NCBI GenBank assembly: GCA_963675755.2
Contig: CAXXMD010000003.1
Location: 2,560,001 to 2,624,000 of the forward strand
From: a bacterium
Lineage (GTDB): Bacteria > Zhuqueibacterota > Zhuqueibacteria > Residuimicrobiales > Krinioviventaceae
Length of the DNA: 64,000 nucleotides
Reading direction: 5' to 3'
Shown here: positions 20,112 to 29,551 of the stretch, piece after piece
Position numbering within the stretch: the first letter of the stretch is position 1
Layout: every line of letters starts with the position of its first letter
Position numbers and translations under genes: made by a program
Notes under the pieces: model-generated
Told to the model about the DNA's origin: nothing
Seen by the model: only the letters and a program-made list of their open reading frames with translations
The model's database searches: none

Positions 20112-22037
20112 ATGAAAAAGTTTATATATCTGATCATTCTATTGGTAATAGCTATATCGATCAGTATAATTTATGATACAATACGGATAATGAACATCCA
20201 TGTCAGTCCGTCTCGTCCCGCTGAACGCATTGGCGGGGACGCACACGGCATGCTTTGGAACCTGAAAAACGGTCAACCGGTTTCGCTGGTAAATGCGAAA
20301 GAGATAAGGAAATATGTTGACGGCAGATATGATTGCTCGGATTTTCGTCTGCAATCGGTTTTACGCATGTTGTATGAATATCCTGATGAACTGGGAAAAG
20401 AGATTACAGCCGAGTTTAAATCCATGCTGCTGAATTTCAAGTACTGGATGGATGAACCGGGCGATGATGGTATGTGCTACTGGAGCGAGAACCACCAGAT
20501 CCTTTTTGCGGCGGCGGAATATCTGGCGGGTCAATTGTATCCCACTGATATTTTTAGTAATAACGGTATGACCGGAGCCGAGCATATGGCCAAAGCCAGA
20601 GAACGTATCCTGACCTGGCTTGAATACCGCTGGGATTTTGGATTTACCGAATGGTATTCTAATACCTATTACGTTGAAGATATTGCGCCTTTGAGCATTT
20701 TAATCGATTTTGCGCAGGATGAAGAGGTTTCTCAAAAATCCAAAATCATAATGGACCTGCTGCTTTATGATCTGGCTTCGCAGTCGTGGAAAGGTACCTT
20801 TGTCAGCAGCAGCGGGCGGATGTATGAGAACGGCAAAAAATCCGGAGAACGGTCATCCATGCGAGCGGTTTCGGAGTCGATTTTCGGTTATGATACAGAC
20901 CCGGGGGAACGCAAGGGAATGGACCTGAATTTTCTCTATATTAAAAAGTACCAGGTACCTGAGGTGATACGTGCTATTGGTCGTGATGAAAGCACGGTTA
21001 TTATAAAGGCCAGTAACGGACTGGATGTGAATGACCTTGGCAGCCTGGGTTTGATAGGACAGGAATATTGGCAGATTATGATGCAATGGGGCATGGAGGC
21101 TTTTACACTACCCATAGTATTTGAAAATTCGTTAAACTTTGTCCGCAACAATAAAATGTTCAGTAACGAGTTTTTATATGAAATGAAATATCTTGACTAT
21201 CGACTTTTACGATTGCTGAAACCGTATCAACTGATCAATGCGATAACCTCACCCCAAACCAACGGTACAGCCATACAGCGCGCCAATTGTTATACTTATA
21301 AAACGCCAAATTACAGCATGTACACCGCACAAGATTATCATCCCGGTGAGTATGGCGATCAGCAGCATGTGTTTGGCGTGAATCTGGATAATTCCCTGTC
21401 TGTATTTCATACGCACCCGGCGTTGCTTGCGGGTGAAAAACATCCCCGGGGTAATTCTCCCACTTATTGGGTGGGAAACGGACACCTGCCGCATTCGGTG
21501 CAGGAAGAGAACATTAATCTTTCTATTTACAAATTGCCAGAAAATAAAGCACCTTTAGAGTATAGATTGATAGATTTTACCCATTTGTATTTTCCTCAGG
21601 AACGTTTTGATAAAGTGATTGTGGACAGTAATTACGTGTTTGGCAGATATGGAGATGCCTTTATCGCGTTTATTGGAAAGAATAAATTTGAATACAATGA
21701 ATCGGAAAAGGATTTTATTCAGCATGGCAAACTCACCTACTGGATCTGTGAGATGGGTGACGCAGAGAATGAAACCTTTGATATGTTTGTCAAACGGATA
21801 AAGGGGAATCCTGTAATATGGGTGAATGATCTGCTCAGCTATCAATCCAATGGCAAAACGGTGTCAGTTCAGTGGCAGCGGGATTTTATGATCAACAGTG
21901 AGGATGTTTATGTTGATTATCCCCGTTTTGATGCAGCCTGGACACACACAGAACGGGATCCGCAAGAAATACGATTTGAACACAAGGGCCATACGTTGTA
22001 TCTCAATTTTAATAAAGGCATACGAGAATTTAATTAA
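20112..22037 (+). CDS. Conserved hypothetical exported protein, possibly heparinase II/III-like or other glycan-lyase fold
   Basis: N-terminal anchor; WSENHQIL and GFTEWYSNTYY helical region, followed by a beta-rich C-terminal half. Confidence 0.55.
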   Translation: MKKFIYLIILLVIAISISIIYDTIRIMNIHVSPSRPAERIGGDAHGMLWNLKNGQPVSLVNAKEIRKYVDGRYDCSDFRLQSVLRMLYEYPDELGKEITAEFKSMLLNFKYWMDEPGDDGMCYWSENHQILFAAAEYLAGQLYPTDIFSNNGMTGAEHMAKARERILTWLEYRWDFGFTEWYSNTYYVEDIAPLSILIDFAQDEEVSQKSKIIMDLLLYDLASQSWKGTFVSSSGRMYENGKKSGERSSMRAVSESIFGYDTDPGERKGMDLNFLYIKKYQVPEVIRAIGRDESTVIIKASNGLDVNDLGSLGLIGQEYWQIMMQWGMEAFTLPIVFENSLNFVRNNKMFSNEFLYEMKYLDYRLLRLLKPYQLINAITSPQTNGTAIQRANCYTYKTPNYSMYTAQDYHPGEYGDQQHVFGVNLDNSLSVFHTHPALLAGEKHPRGNSPTYWVGNGHLPHSVQEENINLSIYKLPENKAPLEYRLIDFTHLYFPQERFDKVIVDSNYVFGRYGDAFIAFIGKNKFEYNESEKDFIQHGKLTYWICEMGDAENETFDMFVKRIKGNPVIWVNDLLSYQSNGKTVSVQWQRDFMINSEDVYVDYPRFDAAWTHTERDPQEIRFEHKGHTLYLNFNKGIREFN

Positions 22038-22046
22038 GGAATTAAA

Positions 22047-22256
22047 ATGGAAACAGATAATAAAGACGGCAGAATACGCGAAAACTTGAAACCCGGATTA
22101 CGGGTAAATATTGTTTTGAAAAAAGACCAACGCACCGGAAAACTCACCGAAGGGGTGATCAAAGACCTTCTCACCAAAGTCCCGCGTCATCACCGCGGCA
22201 TCAAAGTCCGTCTGGAAAACGGAGACATTGGCCGGGTGCAGGAGATATTGGAATAG
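22047..22256 (+). CDS. YwbE family small protein
   Basis: V.IVLKKDQRTGKLTEGVIKDLLT...HHRGIKVRLE.G.IGRV signature. Confidence 0.88.
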   Translation: METDNKDGRIRENLKPGLRVNIVLKKDQRTGKLTEGVIKDLLTKVPRHHRGIKVRLENGDIGRVQEILE

Positions 22257-22398
22257 TATAGATTTTAAAAAAATTAAGTGATTTTGTTTTACTTTTATTT
22301 GATGATCCAAATGTATACCTTTACAAGTTGGGGATTAGATTGTTTTTGTTAGTATCATCAATCAGATAAATACATAAATTACAAATTGGGGAGTTGTA

Positions 22399-23169
22399 GT
22401 GAAATATCGTATGTATGTTGATGAAGTTGGCAATTCGGATTTGGGGAGTTCTGATCTTTTAAATCATCGTTTTTTGAGTCTAACGGGTATAGTTATAGAG
22501 TTAGAGTATGTAAGAGATGTTATTTTCCCTGAACTTGAAGAATTGAAATCAAAATATTTTATTTCACATCCAGATGAGCCGGTAATTTTTCATCGAAAAG
22601 AGTTGGTGAATTATCGAATTCCATTTGCTGAATTACGTGATGATAGAATACGAGCGAGTTTTAATTTAGAACTTATAAATTGCTTGAAAAAATGGAACTA
22701 TCAAATCATTACTGTATGTCTGGACAAAAAAAATCATAAAGAAATATATTCTGTTTGGAGATATGATCCCTATCATTATAGTATGGCCTTGTTAATTGAA
22801 AGATTTGTGTTTTTGTTAGAACAAATCGATTCTACTGGAGATGTTTTAGCTGAATCCAGAGGGGGTAAAGAAGATAGGCGATTAAAGGAATCTTTTACAA
22901 AGCTGTTTTTGAATGGAACAGATTACGTTGAACCGGAGCGAATCCAAAAAGTTTTATCAAGCAAACAATTAAAAGTAAAACCAAAAAAGAATAATATTGC
23001 TGGTTTACAAATTGCAGATATTCTGGCGCATCCAAGTCGAAATGAAATACTTTGTGAAAATAATATAAAGGGTATAAGGATTGCTCCTTTTGCCAAGATA
23101 ATTATTCAGGTTCTGCAAGATAAATACTATAAAGTTGATGGAAAGTTATACGGAAAGAAATTTATTTAA
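22399..23169 (+). CDS. DUF3800 domain protein (RNase H-like fold)
   Basis: N-terminal YVDEVG, central AESRG, C-terminal GLQIADILA; GTG start after GGGAG. Confidence 0.85.
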   Translation: MKYRMYVDEVGNSDLGSSDLLNHRFLSLTGIVIELEYVRDVIFPELEELKSKYFISHPDEPVIFHRKELVNYRIPFAELRDDRIRASFNLELINCLKKWNYQIITVCLDKKNHKEIYSVWRYDPYHYSMALLIERFVFLLEQIDSTGDVLAESRGGKEDRRLKESFTKLFLNGTDYVEPERIQKVLSSKQLKVKPKKNNIAGLQIADILAHPSRNEILCENNIKGIRIAPFAKIIIQVLQDKYYKVDGKLYGKKFI

Positions 23170-23172
23170 AAT

Positions 23173-23228
23173 AAAAAAGGGCCTTACGGCCCCGATGGTT
23201 AAACCATCCACCTCCAGAATACTGGATT
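23173..23228 (-). ncRNA. Putative ~55-nt three-hairpin ncRNA convergent with the DUF3800 gene (DUF3800-associated RNA)
   Basis: Minus strand reads UCCAG-UAUU-CUGGA, GGUG, GAUGGU-UUA-ACCAUC, G, GGGCC-GUAA-GGCCC, UUUUUU. It has its own promoter at 23234-23262 and no meaningful ORF. Confidence 0.7.
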
Positions 23229-23233
23229 AATTA

Positions 23234-23262
23234 ATAATACATAATAAATATGAATTTGTCAA
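23234..23262 (-). promoter_or_regulatory. sigma70 promoter driving the putative ncRNA
   Basis: Minus strand TTGACA (23257-23262), 17-nt spacer, TATTAT (23234-23239). Confidence 0.75.
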
Positions 23263-23419
23263 GTAAAAGTCATATTTATATTAAGCTTTAAATTATATTT
23301 ACTATTGTCTCGAATTTGAATTTTACTTATATTCTCTCAGGGACCAGGCGCTTGATGGTTGCTTTTCTTATTTAATCCAATCACATTGCAGTAAAAATTT
23401 AGAAAACAGGACGCATGAA

Positions 23420-25150
23420 ATGAATACGTTTAAGGGTATTTCATATTTGCTGCTGCTGTTGTTATTTGTATTGGCGGGGTGCGACAGCCCTGTGCAGACA
23501 GAGCAGAAACTGGGCAGTTGGTACAATGACGAAAATGTGGTAAGCGGAGTGGGGGATATACTTGACATTGCCTGTTCTCCGGTGGACGAAAGTATTGTGT
23601 TTTCTCGCAGGCAGCAGTCGATGAATCTGGTTGCGTTTGATTTTCAGGGAAATGCTCAGGATACTTTGTATAAAGTGCCGTCAAGCCAGTACGAACGTGT
23701 TAGATACTGCAAGGTTTCATCCACAAATAAAATGGCTGTTCTGTACGAGGATGGTATCTTAAGAATTACTGATTTGAATACCCAATCGTTTAAAAGTTCA
23801 TATTTTGAAAATTCATATATCTATGCCATGCAATGGTCGCTTGATGGTCAAAAACTGTATTTGCTGAACAACTTGGATTATGATTTGTATCATATCATTG
23901 TTCTGGATGATCAGGGTAACAAAATCGCTGAAACTGAAGTTCAGGGATTGAGACTATATCATGATTTTAGTATTAGTCCCGATGGCAGCACGATGTTAAC
24001 GTATGCATATATATATGAAAATAGCAATGATACCCGGGGTATTTATAAAATTAATGTTGAAACCGGTGAATATGAATTATTTATTAAATCATCATACGCT
24101 AATACACCTGCCATTTCACCTGATAGCGAACGGTTAGCCTATTGGGCGGTCAATGACACAACACGCATCCAGTCAATTGTTCTTGCAGATAAAGATGGAA
24201 ATACCATAGAAACCGTAGTGGACACGCTGGGTAGTATTGTTCATTTAGAATTCACTCTCGATGGCAAGAAACTTTTGTTTTTAGGACAGCCCCACAGTTC
24301 AGTGACTGGTTTTGAAAGGGGCTGGTATGCCTATGATTTTGATTCCAAAGCATTATCTTTTTTAAATCTTGATTTTAATGATCATTACTATGCCGGATTC
24401 GGTCAGGATGGTGAAACATTGCTGAAATATTATTATGGCGAAATATATAATATTTGCACGGTTGATCAGGATTCTAACGTGGTGAGCGTGACTGATTTTA
24501 CCGAATATGTACAATATGATCCTGTATTTACCCCGGATGGCAGTGAAATTTTGTTTGTTTACAGATCAGAATTCTATAAAGTACCGGTTTCCGGTGGAGA
24601 ATGGACGCCTTTTTTGCATGATGCACAGACTTATATCAGTTCCAAGTATAATCCTGTTATATCTCCGGATGGTCATTATCTGGCATATGAATACCAGTAT
24701 GGAACAATTATTTATGACCTTGAGCAGAACCAAGCTTTGTATTCAATTGCTGACGGTAAAAATCCTACCTGGAGTCCGAATAGTGATGAAATTGCCTGTG
24801 TAGTAGAGCCGGATTCCTATTCAGGTAATGAGGTCGACCAGGTGGTTATTTGTTATTTGTGGGAGGATCATCTTGGGCAGGAAAGAAAATATGATATCGG
24901 AGAAATTTATGATATTGACTGGATCAATGCCTCCAGTAGTTTTCCCTATCAAATACTCATCACTTGTGGTAGGGATGAACATGACAATTATAGCTTGTAT
25001 GTTTTGGATGAATGGGAAGGAAAAGTTGACAGGTTATTGAGTTCAGTGAATGGGCCTTTACTGGCCAGGTGGTCTGCTATAAACCAGGAGGTGGTTTTTA
25101 AAAGAGGTACTTATACCATTGAACGACGCAGAATTTTGGAGGATTTTTAG
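23420..25150 (+). CDS. TolB-like beta-propeller (PD40 repeat) lipoprotein
   Basis: Lipobox LAGC; repeated WSLDG, ISPDG, FTPDG and WSPNS blades. Confidence 0.8.
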   Translation: MNTFKGISYLLLLLLFVLAGCDSPVQTEQKLGSWYNDENVVSGVGDILDIACSPVDESIVFSRRQQSMNLVAFDFQGNAQDTLYKVPSSQYERVRYCKVSSTNKMAVLYEDGILRITDLNTQSFKSSYFENSYIYAMQWSLDGQKLYLLNNLDYDLYHIIVLDDQGNKIAETEVQGLRLYHDFSISPDGSTMLTYAYIYENSNDTRGIYKINVETGEYELFIKSSYANTPAISPDSERLAYWAVNDTTRIQSIVLADKDGNTIETVVDTLGSIVHLEFTLDGKKLLFLGQPHSSVTGFERGWYAYDFDSKALSFLNLDFNDHYYAGFGQDGETLLKYYYGEIYNICTVDQDSNVVSVTDFTEYVQYDPVFTPDGSEILFVYRSEFYKVPVSGGEWTPFLHDAQTYISSKYNPVISPDGHYLAYEYQYGTIIYDLEQNQALYSIADGKNPTWSPNSDEIACVVEPDSYSGNEVDQVVICYLWEDHLGQERKYDIGEIYDIDWINASSSFPYQILITCGRDEHDNYSLYVLDEWEGKVDRLLSSVNGPLLARWSAINQEVVFKRGTYTIERRRILEDF

Positions 25151-25166
25151 GGTGAATACATTCAAA

Positions 25167-27485
25167 ATGAAGAACATGATCGCATGGATTGTTGTGTCGT
25201 TGATGGTATTGACAGGTTTTAGTTCCGGGTTTGCAGCTGTACGCGGACTGGTGCTGGATGAAGATACCAAAAAGCCGCTCGAACTTGTAAATATCAAGAT
25301 ATTGGATACAACAACCGGTACTTCTACGGATACTGACGGTTATTTTAAACTGGTCAATATACCAGATAAATCTTTTGATATTGAAATTACCTGCATTGGT
25401 TACAAAGATCGCATCATTGAACATATTAATCCTGATAAAGATGTGTTTCTTGATATCTTTTTAAAACCGGATGTAATCAGTATGCAGGGTGTACAAATTG
25501 AAGGCGACAAGTTTGATCCGCGGTACCGAACGGAATTGTCCCGTACGGACATGATGACCTTAAAAGCTCGCGAGGTTTACAAGACCGCCGGCGCATTGGA
25601 TGATATTTCCCGCGCTGTGCAAATGCAGGGCAGTGTTGTCCCCGGTGGTGATTATACCAGTTTTTACGCAGTACGTGGTGGCTCACCGGACCAGAACATA
25701 GTCATGATGGATGGAATCCTGTTTCCCAATCCCTATCGTTTGCGTATGATTATGGGCGGTGGATTGAGCGTTTTTAATCCTCACACCGTTTCAGATGTAA
25801 ATCTGCAGGTGGGGCATTTTTCCGCTGAATATGGTGATTTTATGTCATCTGTGTTGGGCGTGGAAAGCCGCTCCGGCAGAAGCGACCGGTTTGGTTTTGG
25901 CGGAAACATAAATGCTATCAATACCAATCTGTATTTAGAAGGACCTATACCCCATACCAACGGCAGTTGGCTGGTTACAGGCAGACGCAGTTATTTTGAT
26001 CTTATTGCAGACCAGATTGATGACACCCAGGACACGTATCCCCAAACCTGGGATTATACCGCCAAACTTGTTTTCCCCGTTAATGACCGCAACAAGTTTG
26101 AGATAAAGTCATTGTCCAGCCATGAAGAAATGTACATGAACTCGGAAGAGTACAAGAATATAGAATTCAAAGAAAGCGCGGATATAGATCTGTTTGCGCT
26201 CACCTATAAAGGCCTATGGACAGATAAAATATACGAAACCATCCATGTAGCCTATTATGATGAAGCGTTTAATTACAATATCAATAAACCCAATAGATGG
26301 GATTCAACAGATGCAAATTATGAATCTAAAATCAAGAATTTTATGATCAAAGAGGATGTATCCATAGAGTTGGCGGATAACCATTGGATTAGCCGGGGAT
26401 TTTATTATTCCATCATGGAATCAGACATGGGTTATAGTGACAATGTAAATGAGATCGCGTTTTCCAGACGTACCATGCCGCCTACCATTGATTATGACAG
26501 ATCACATAACCAGTTAGCTGCTTATGTGGATTATTCAGCAAGATGGTCTGACAGACTCGAAACCCGGGCAGGGGTACGTTACGATTATTCATCCCTGGTG
26601 GAAAAGGGGCATACCAGTCCACGTGTTTCCATGTTGTATAGATTATCAAAAAATGTGAGTATTAATGGGTTTTGGGGCTTGTGTTACCAGTACCCCAATG
26701 TTATGTCTATCTTTAACCGGGACTGGCCCCTGGCTCTGGACAAAGTGGAGCAAGAGTTGGAGGCTGAACGCGCGGAACATCTGGTGCTGGGTATGAAAAT
26801 GAATATCCTGGATTATTTTACAGCCCAGGTTGATGGATATATCAAGGGATATGATGATTTATTATTACCCATGGATTTTGAACAATTTATTCCTGAAAAC
26901 AGCGGTGAAGGATATACTGCAGGCATGGAGATCACACTGCAAACCCAATCACGGCCCACCGATCGGTTTAGCGCTATGATCAGTTATTCATTGAGTGAGT
27001 CCCAGTATCGAATTAAAAAAGAATTTGAACGATGGGAGAGCGAATTTCGCACATTTAGATGGATACCCTACAATTATGACCGGTTGCACAGTTTGACTGC
27101 AATTGGTAATGTTAAATTATCCAAAAAATTATCTGCAAGCGCAACCTGGCGCTATGGCAGTGGATTACCCTATTTTGAGATACACCAGTTCAGAGATATA
27201 AGCGGATTACACAATAGTTTTATCAAAGAATTTGATAATATTGAACGACTGCCTGCATATATGCGGTTGGATATACGGGTGAATTATCTGTTCGAGTGGC
27301 TGGGAATGGATTGTTCCGGTTATGTTGATCTTACCAATGTTCTGAACCGGAAAAATATTTATGATGTGCTATGGTATACCGATGATGAAAATGTTACGTA
27401 TGACGGATATCAGAAAAGTATTTTCCGTCGTAATATTTACATGATGCCGTTTATACCCTCTGTGGGTATCAGTTTTCGTTACTGA
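25167..27485 (+). CDS. TonB-dependent receptor
   Basis: Signal peptide, carboxypeptidase-regulatory-like domain, VRGGSPDQN plug, FSAEYG, RLPAYMRLD, C-terminal aromatic residue. Start uncertain (25152 or 25167). Confidence 0.88.
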   Translation: MKNMIAWIVVSLMVLTGFSSGFAAVRGLVLDEDTKKPLELVNIKILDTTTGTSTDTDGYFKLVNIPDKSFDIEITCIGYKDRIIEHINPDKDVFLDIFLKPDVISMQGVQIEGDKFDPRYRTELSRTDMMTLKAREVYKTAGALDDISRAVQMQGSVVPGGDYTSFYAVRGGSPDQNIVMMDGILFPNPYRLRMIMGGGLSVFNPHTVSDVNLQVGHFSAEYGDFMSSVLGVESRSGRSDRFGFGGNINAINTNLYLEGPIPHTNGSWLVTGRRSYFDLIADQIDDTQDTYPQTWDYTAKLVFPVNDRNKFEIKSLSSHEEMYMNSEEYKNIEFKESADIDLFALTYKGLWTDKIYETIHVAYYDEAFNYNINKPNRWDSTDANYESKIKNFMIKEDVSIELADNHWISRGFYYSIMESDMGYSDNVNEIAFSRRTMPPTIDYDRSHNQLAAYVDYSARWSDRLETRAGVRYDYSSLVEKGHTSPRVSMLYRLSKNVSINGFWGLCYQYPNVMSIFNRDWPLALDKVEQELEAERAEHLVLGMKMNILDYFTAQVDGYIKGYDDLLLPMDFEQFIPENSGEGYTAGMEITLQTQSRPTDRFSAMISYSLSESQYRIKKEFERWESEFRTFRWIPYNYDRLHSLTAIGNVKLSKKLSASATWRYGSGLPYFEIHQFRDISGLHNSFIKEFDNIERLPAYMRLDIRVNYLFEWLGMDCSGYVDLTNVLNRKNIYDVLWYTDDENVTYDGYQKSIFRRNIYMMPFIPSVGISFRY

Positions 27486-28102
27486 TCTGCGGCCATTTCC
27501 TGCAGTTTGCCAATAACATAATCTTTGGTGTCGTGCACCAGTTGTGGTAATGTACCGCCAAACATGTCTGCTACTTCCGCATAAGCCTTACGGATGTTGC
27601 TTTCTGCGTTTTCAAGGTAAGCAGCGTCCAGGTTTTCTGCGCCTTGCGGAATCCAGATATCCAGAATGCGAGCACCGGTATTTTCAGCGTTGAAATAGTC
27701 GGGTACAATACCCATCTGGACTTTTTTCCAGTCCTCGGGATTTTCAGTAAAATAGGCTTCAACACCAAAAGGATCGCTGGTGACCTTGTCTTTTTCGTAA
27801 AGCTGATCATAAGATTTGGCATAACCTTCCTGCAAGAGTGCATAGGTTTGTCTCCAAATCTCTTTTCTTATACTTTCCCGGTTTACAACGTCGTTAGAAT
27901 CTTCTTCTGCAATTGCAGTATCGGTTTCCGTCGATGTGCTGACCTCTCCTTTTTGATTATAAAAGGAGAAAAGACGCTCATTCATCATACGTGTAAAGTC
28001 CAGCTTTTCCTGAGACTGCTCAGTACCTTTTTCTTTAACTTTCTTTGTGTCAGTCAGCCTTGATACGGGATCCGAATACGGATTAACCGGCGTAATCTGC
28101 AT
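27479..28102 (-). CDS. Hypothetical protein, DUF5610-like, probably in the sigma28 regulon
   Basis: MQITPV start after GGAGG; YFNAENTGARILD and AYAEVADMFGGTLP motifs; sigma28 promoter upstream. Confidence 0.55.
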   Translation of the reverse strand: MQITPVNPYSDPVSRLTDTKKVKEKGTEQSQEKLDFTRMMNERLFSFYNQKGEVSTSTETDTAIAEEDSNDVVNRESIRKEIWRQTYALLQEGYAKSYDQLYEKDKVTSDPFGVEAYFTENPEDWKKVQMGIVPDYFNAENTGARILDIWIPQGAENLDAAYLENAESNIRKAYAEVADMFGGTLPQLVHDTKDYVIGKLQEMAADQ

Positions 28103-28166
28103 AACACCTCCACCCATTCAAATACATATATAAATATACAAATACCATGGTTTACTACTGTTAATA

Positions 28167-28193
28167 GTATCGGCAGGATGTTATGAATCTTGA
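28167..28193 (-). promoter_or_regulatory. sigma28 (FliA)-type promoter
   Basis: Minus strand TCAAGATT-N11-GCCGATAC versus consensus TAAAGTTT-N11-GCCGATAA. Confidence 0.65.
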
Positions 28194-28196
28194 ATG

Positions 28197-28227
28197 AAAA
28201 GCCGGAAAAAATATTAATTTTTCCGGC
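28197..28227 (-). terminator. Terminator after the PHP-domain gene
   Basis: GCCGGAAAAA / TTTTTCCGGC stem with a short U tail on the minus strand. Confidence 0.65.
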
Positions 28228-28239
28228 CTGTTATTTAGT

Positions 28240-29364
28240 CTATTTAAATTGTATTGATAGATGAAAGGATGTGGTTAAAGGTGTTTTGGGAGCTGTTTTA
28301 AGATTTTCAACAAAATAAGCTAGTGTAATATCTTTTTCACCTTTTGTATCATCAGATTTAGCGCGAATGACAATGGGTGTGATTTTATGCGGCTCGAGTG
28401 TGATGGTTTCAGTAAATTCTATATCATTTGAATTGTTTTTTGCTGTTAGCTGGAAAGCAATGTCTGAATTGTTTTGGATATACAAGGCATCTCTGTTTTT
28501 ACCTTTTAAAATCAGATTGTTGTTTTCAATTGTTATAGCGCTGTTGAACAGTGGTTCTAAATACTCGTTTTTACCCATTATTGTGTTATCTTGCCATACT
28601 GCGGTTCTACCTGCTTTGAGTGCCTCATGAATGCTTTTAGCTGTTCTCTCTTTTGCGAATACAAGCGTCATAGGACGATGACCACCTGTCTGTACGGGAT
28701 ATTCAAGGGATACCAGGCTGTGAATATCTGTATTACCCAGCATTGTGAGGTTTTTGTCCAGCGCCCACTGAAAAGCAAGTGGATAATATTCAGATTCATT
28801 AACAATTTCTATTCCATGCATCCAACCATTTTCATAAATTTCGGTATGTTCGTCATACCAGATTGGAATTGTGTTGGGCTGTCGCCAGCCGGGATGATTC
28901 CAAAAGACAAAAGCACCTTGGTCAATTGCTGCTTTTATGGCATCCTGCCATTTTTTAACATCAAGTTTATCAATATCATCTACAAAAAGGGCATTAAAAT
29001 GTCCTGGCGGCATATGGCGTGTAATTTCTGCACCTTTAATAAGGATAATGTCGAGTGATTTTGCTCTGTCTTTGGCAATTTCGTAGGGACGGTTGTGGTT
29101 TTTGGGTAAATCCTCTTTGTGGACCTGGTATTCAATATGGTCGGTAATGGATATGGCATCTAATCCTTCTGCCCAGGCTTCGTCTACGCGAGCGGTTGGC
29201 CACACATCTCCATCTGAAAATACTGTATGCGTGTGCAAGTCGCATTTTAATGTTAGATATCCTGGTATGTTGGGTATTTGAATAATGTCTCGTGAACGGG
29301 GAAAAAGTAAAGAATTTAGTATTAATGTGCAGAATAATACAACTAGCAAAGAACGGGATTTCAT
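28240..29364 (-). CDS. Secreted PHP-domain phosphoesterase / phosphodiesterase
   Basis: Signal peptide; DLHTHTVFSDG, ITDH, GHFN, WNHP and NTDIH metal-binding motifs. Confidence 0.85.
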   Translation of the reverse strand: MKSRSLLVVLFCTLILNSLLFPRSRDIIQIPNIPGYLTLKCDLHTHTVFSDGDVWPTARVDEAWAEGLDAISITDHIEYQVHKEDLPKNHNRPYEIAKDRAKSLDIILIKGAEITRHMPPGHFNALFVDDIDKLDVKKWQDAIKAAIDQGAFVFWNHPGWRQPNTIPIWYDEHTEIYENGWMHGIEIVNESEYYPLAFQWALDKNLTMLGNTDIHSLVSLEYPVQTGGHRPMTLVFAKERTAKSIHEALKAGRTAVWQDNTIMGKNEYLEPLFNSAITIENNNLILKGKNRDALYIQNNSDIAFQLTAKNNSNDIEFTETITLEPHKITPIVIRAKSDDTKGEKDITLAYFVENLKTAPKTPLTTSFHLSIQFK

Positions 29365-29497
29365 TTGTCCTCCGGGTTTATTCTATCTTTATAAAAAGAA
29401 ATGATGCAAACGTAATATGAATTTATTTCTAGGGAGCTGTTCATATTAGAAAAATTTTAATTTAATACAAATAGATGGATTTGTATAGAGGATGTAT

Positions 29498-29536
29498 AAA
29501 AAAAGGCTGTAATAATTTTATTACAGCCTTTTTTTT
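29498..29536. terminator. Rho-independent terminator after the FlgD-domain gene
   Basis: A7-GGCTGTAATA-loop-TATTACAGCC-T8. Confidence 0.85.
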
Positions 29537-29551
29537 AAATAAAAAGATCAA

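Noticed and set aside
22047-23169. YwbE plus DUF3800 as a type II toxin-antitoxin pair
   Set aside because: The genes are separated by about 140 nt of AT-rich spacer, YwbE is coupled to the upstream gene instead, and it has no antitoxin features.
23199-23215. GGAGGUG followed by AUG GUU UAA inside the putative ncRNA (SD-like sequence plus Met-Val mini-ORF)
   Set aside because: SD-to-AUG spacing is only 1-3 nt and the AUG lies in a stem, so translation is unlikely. The SD-like linker may still matter for RNA function.
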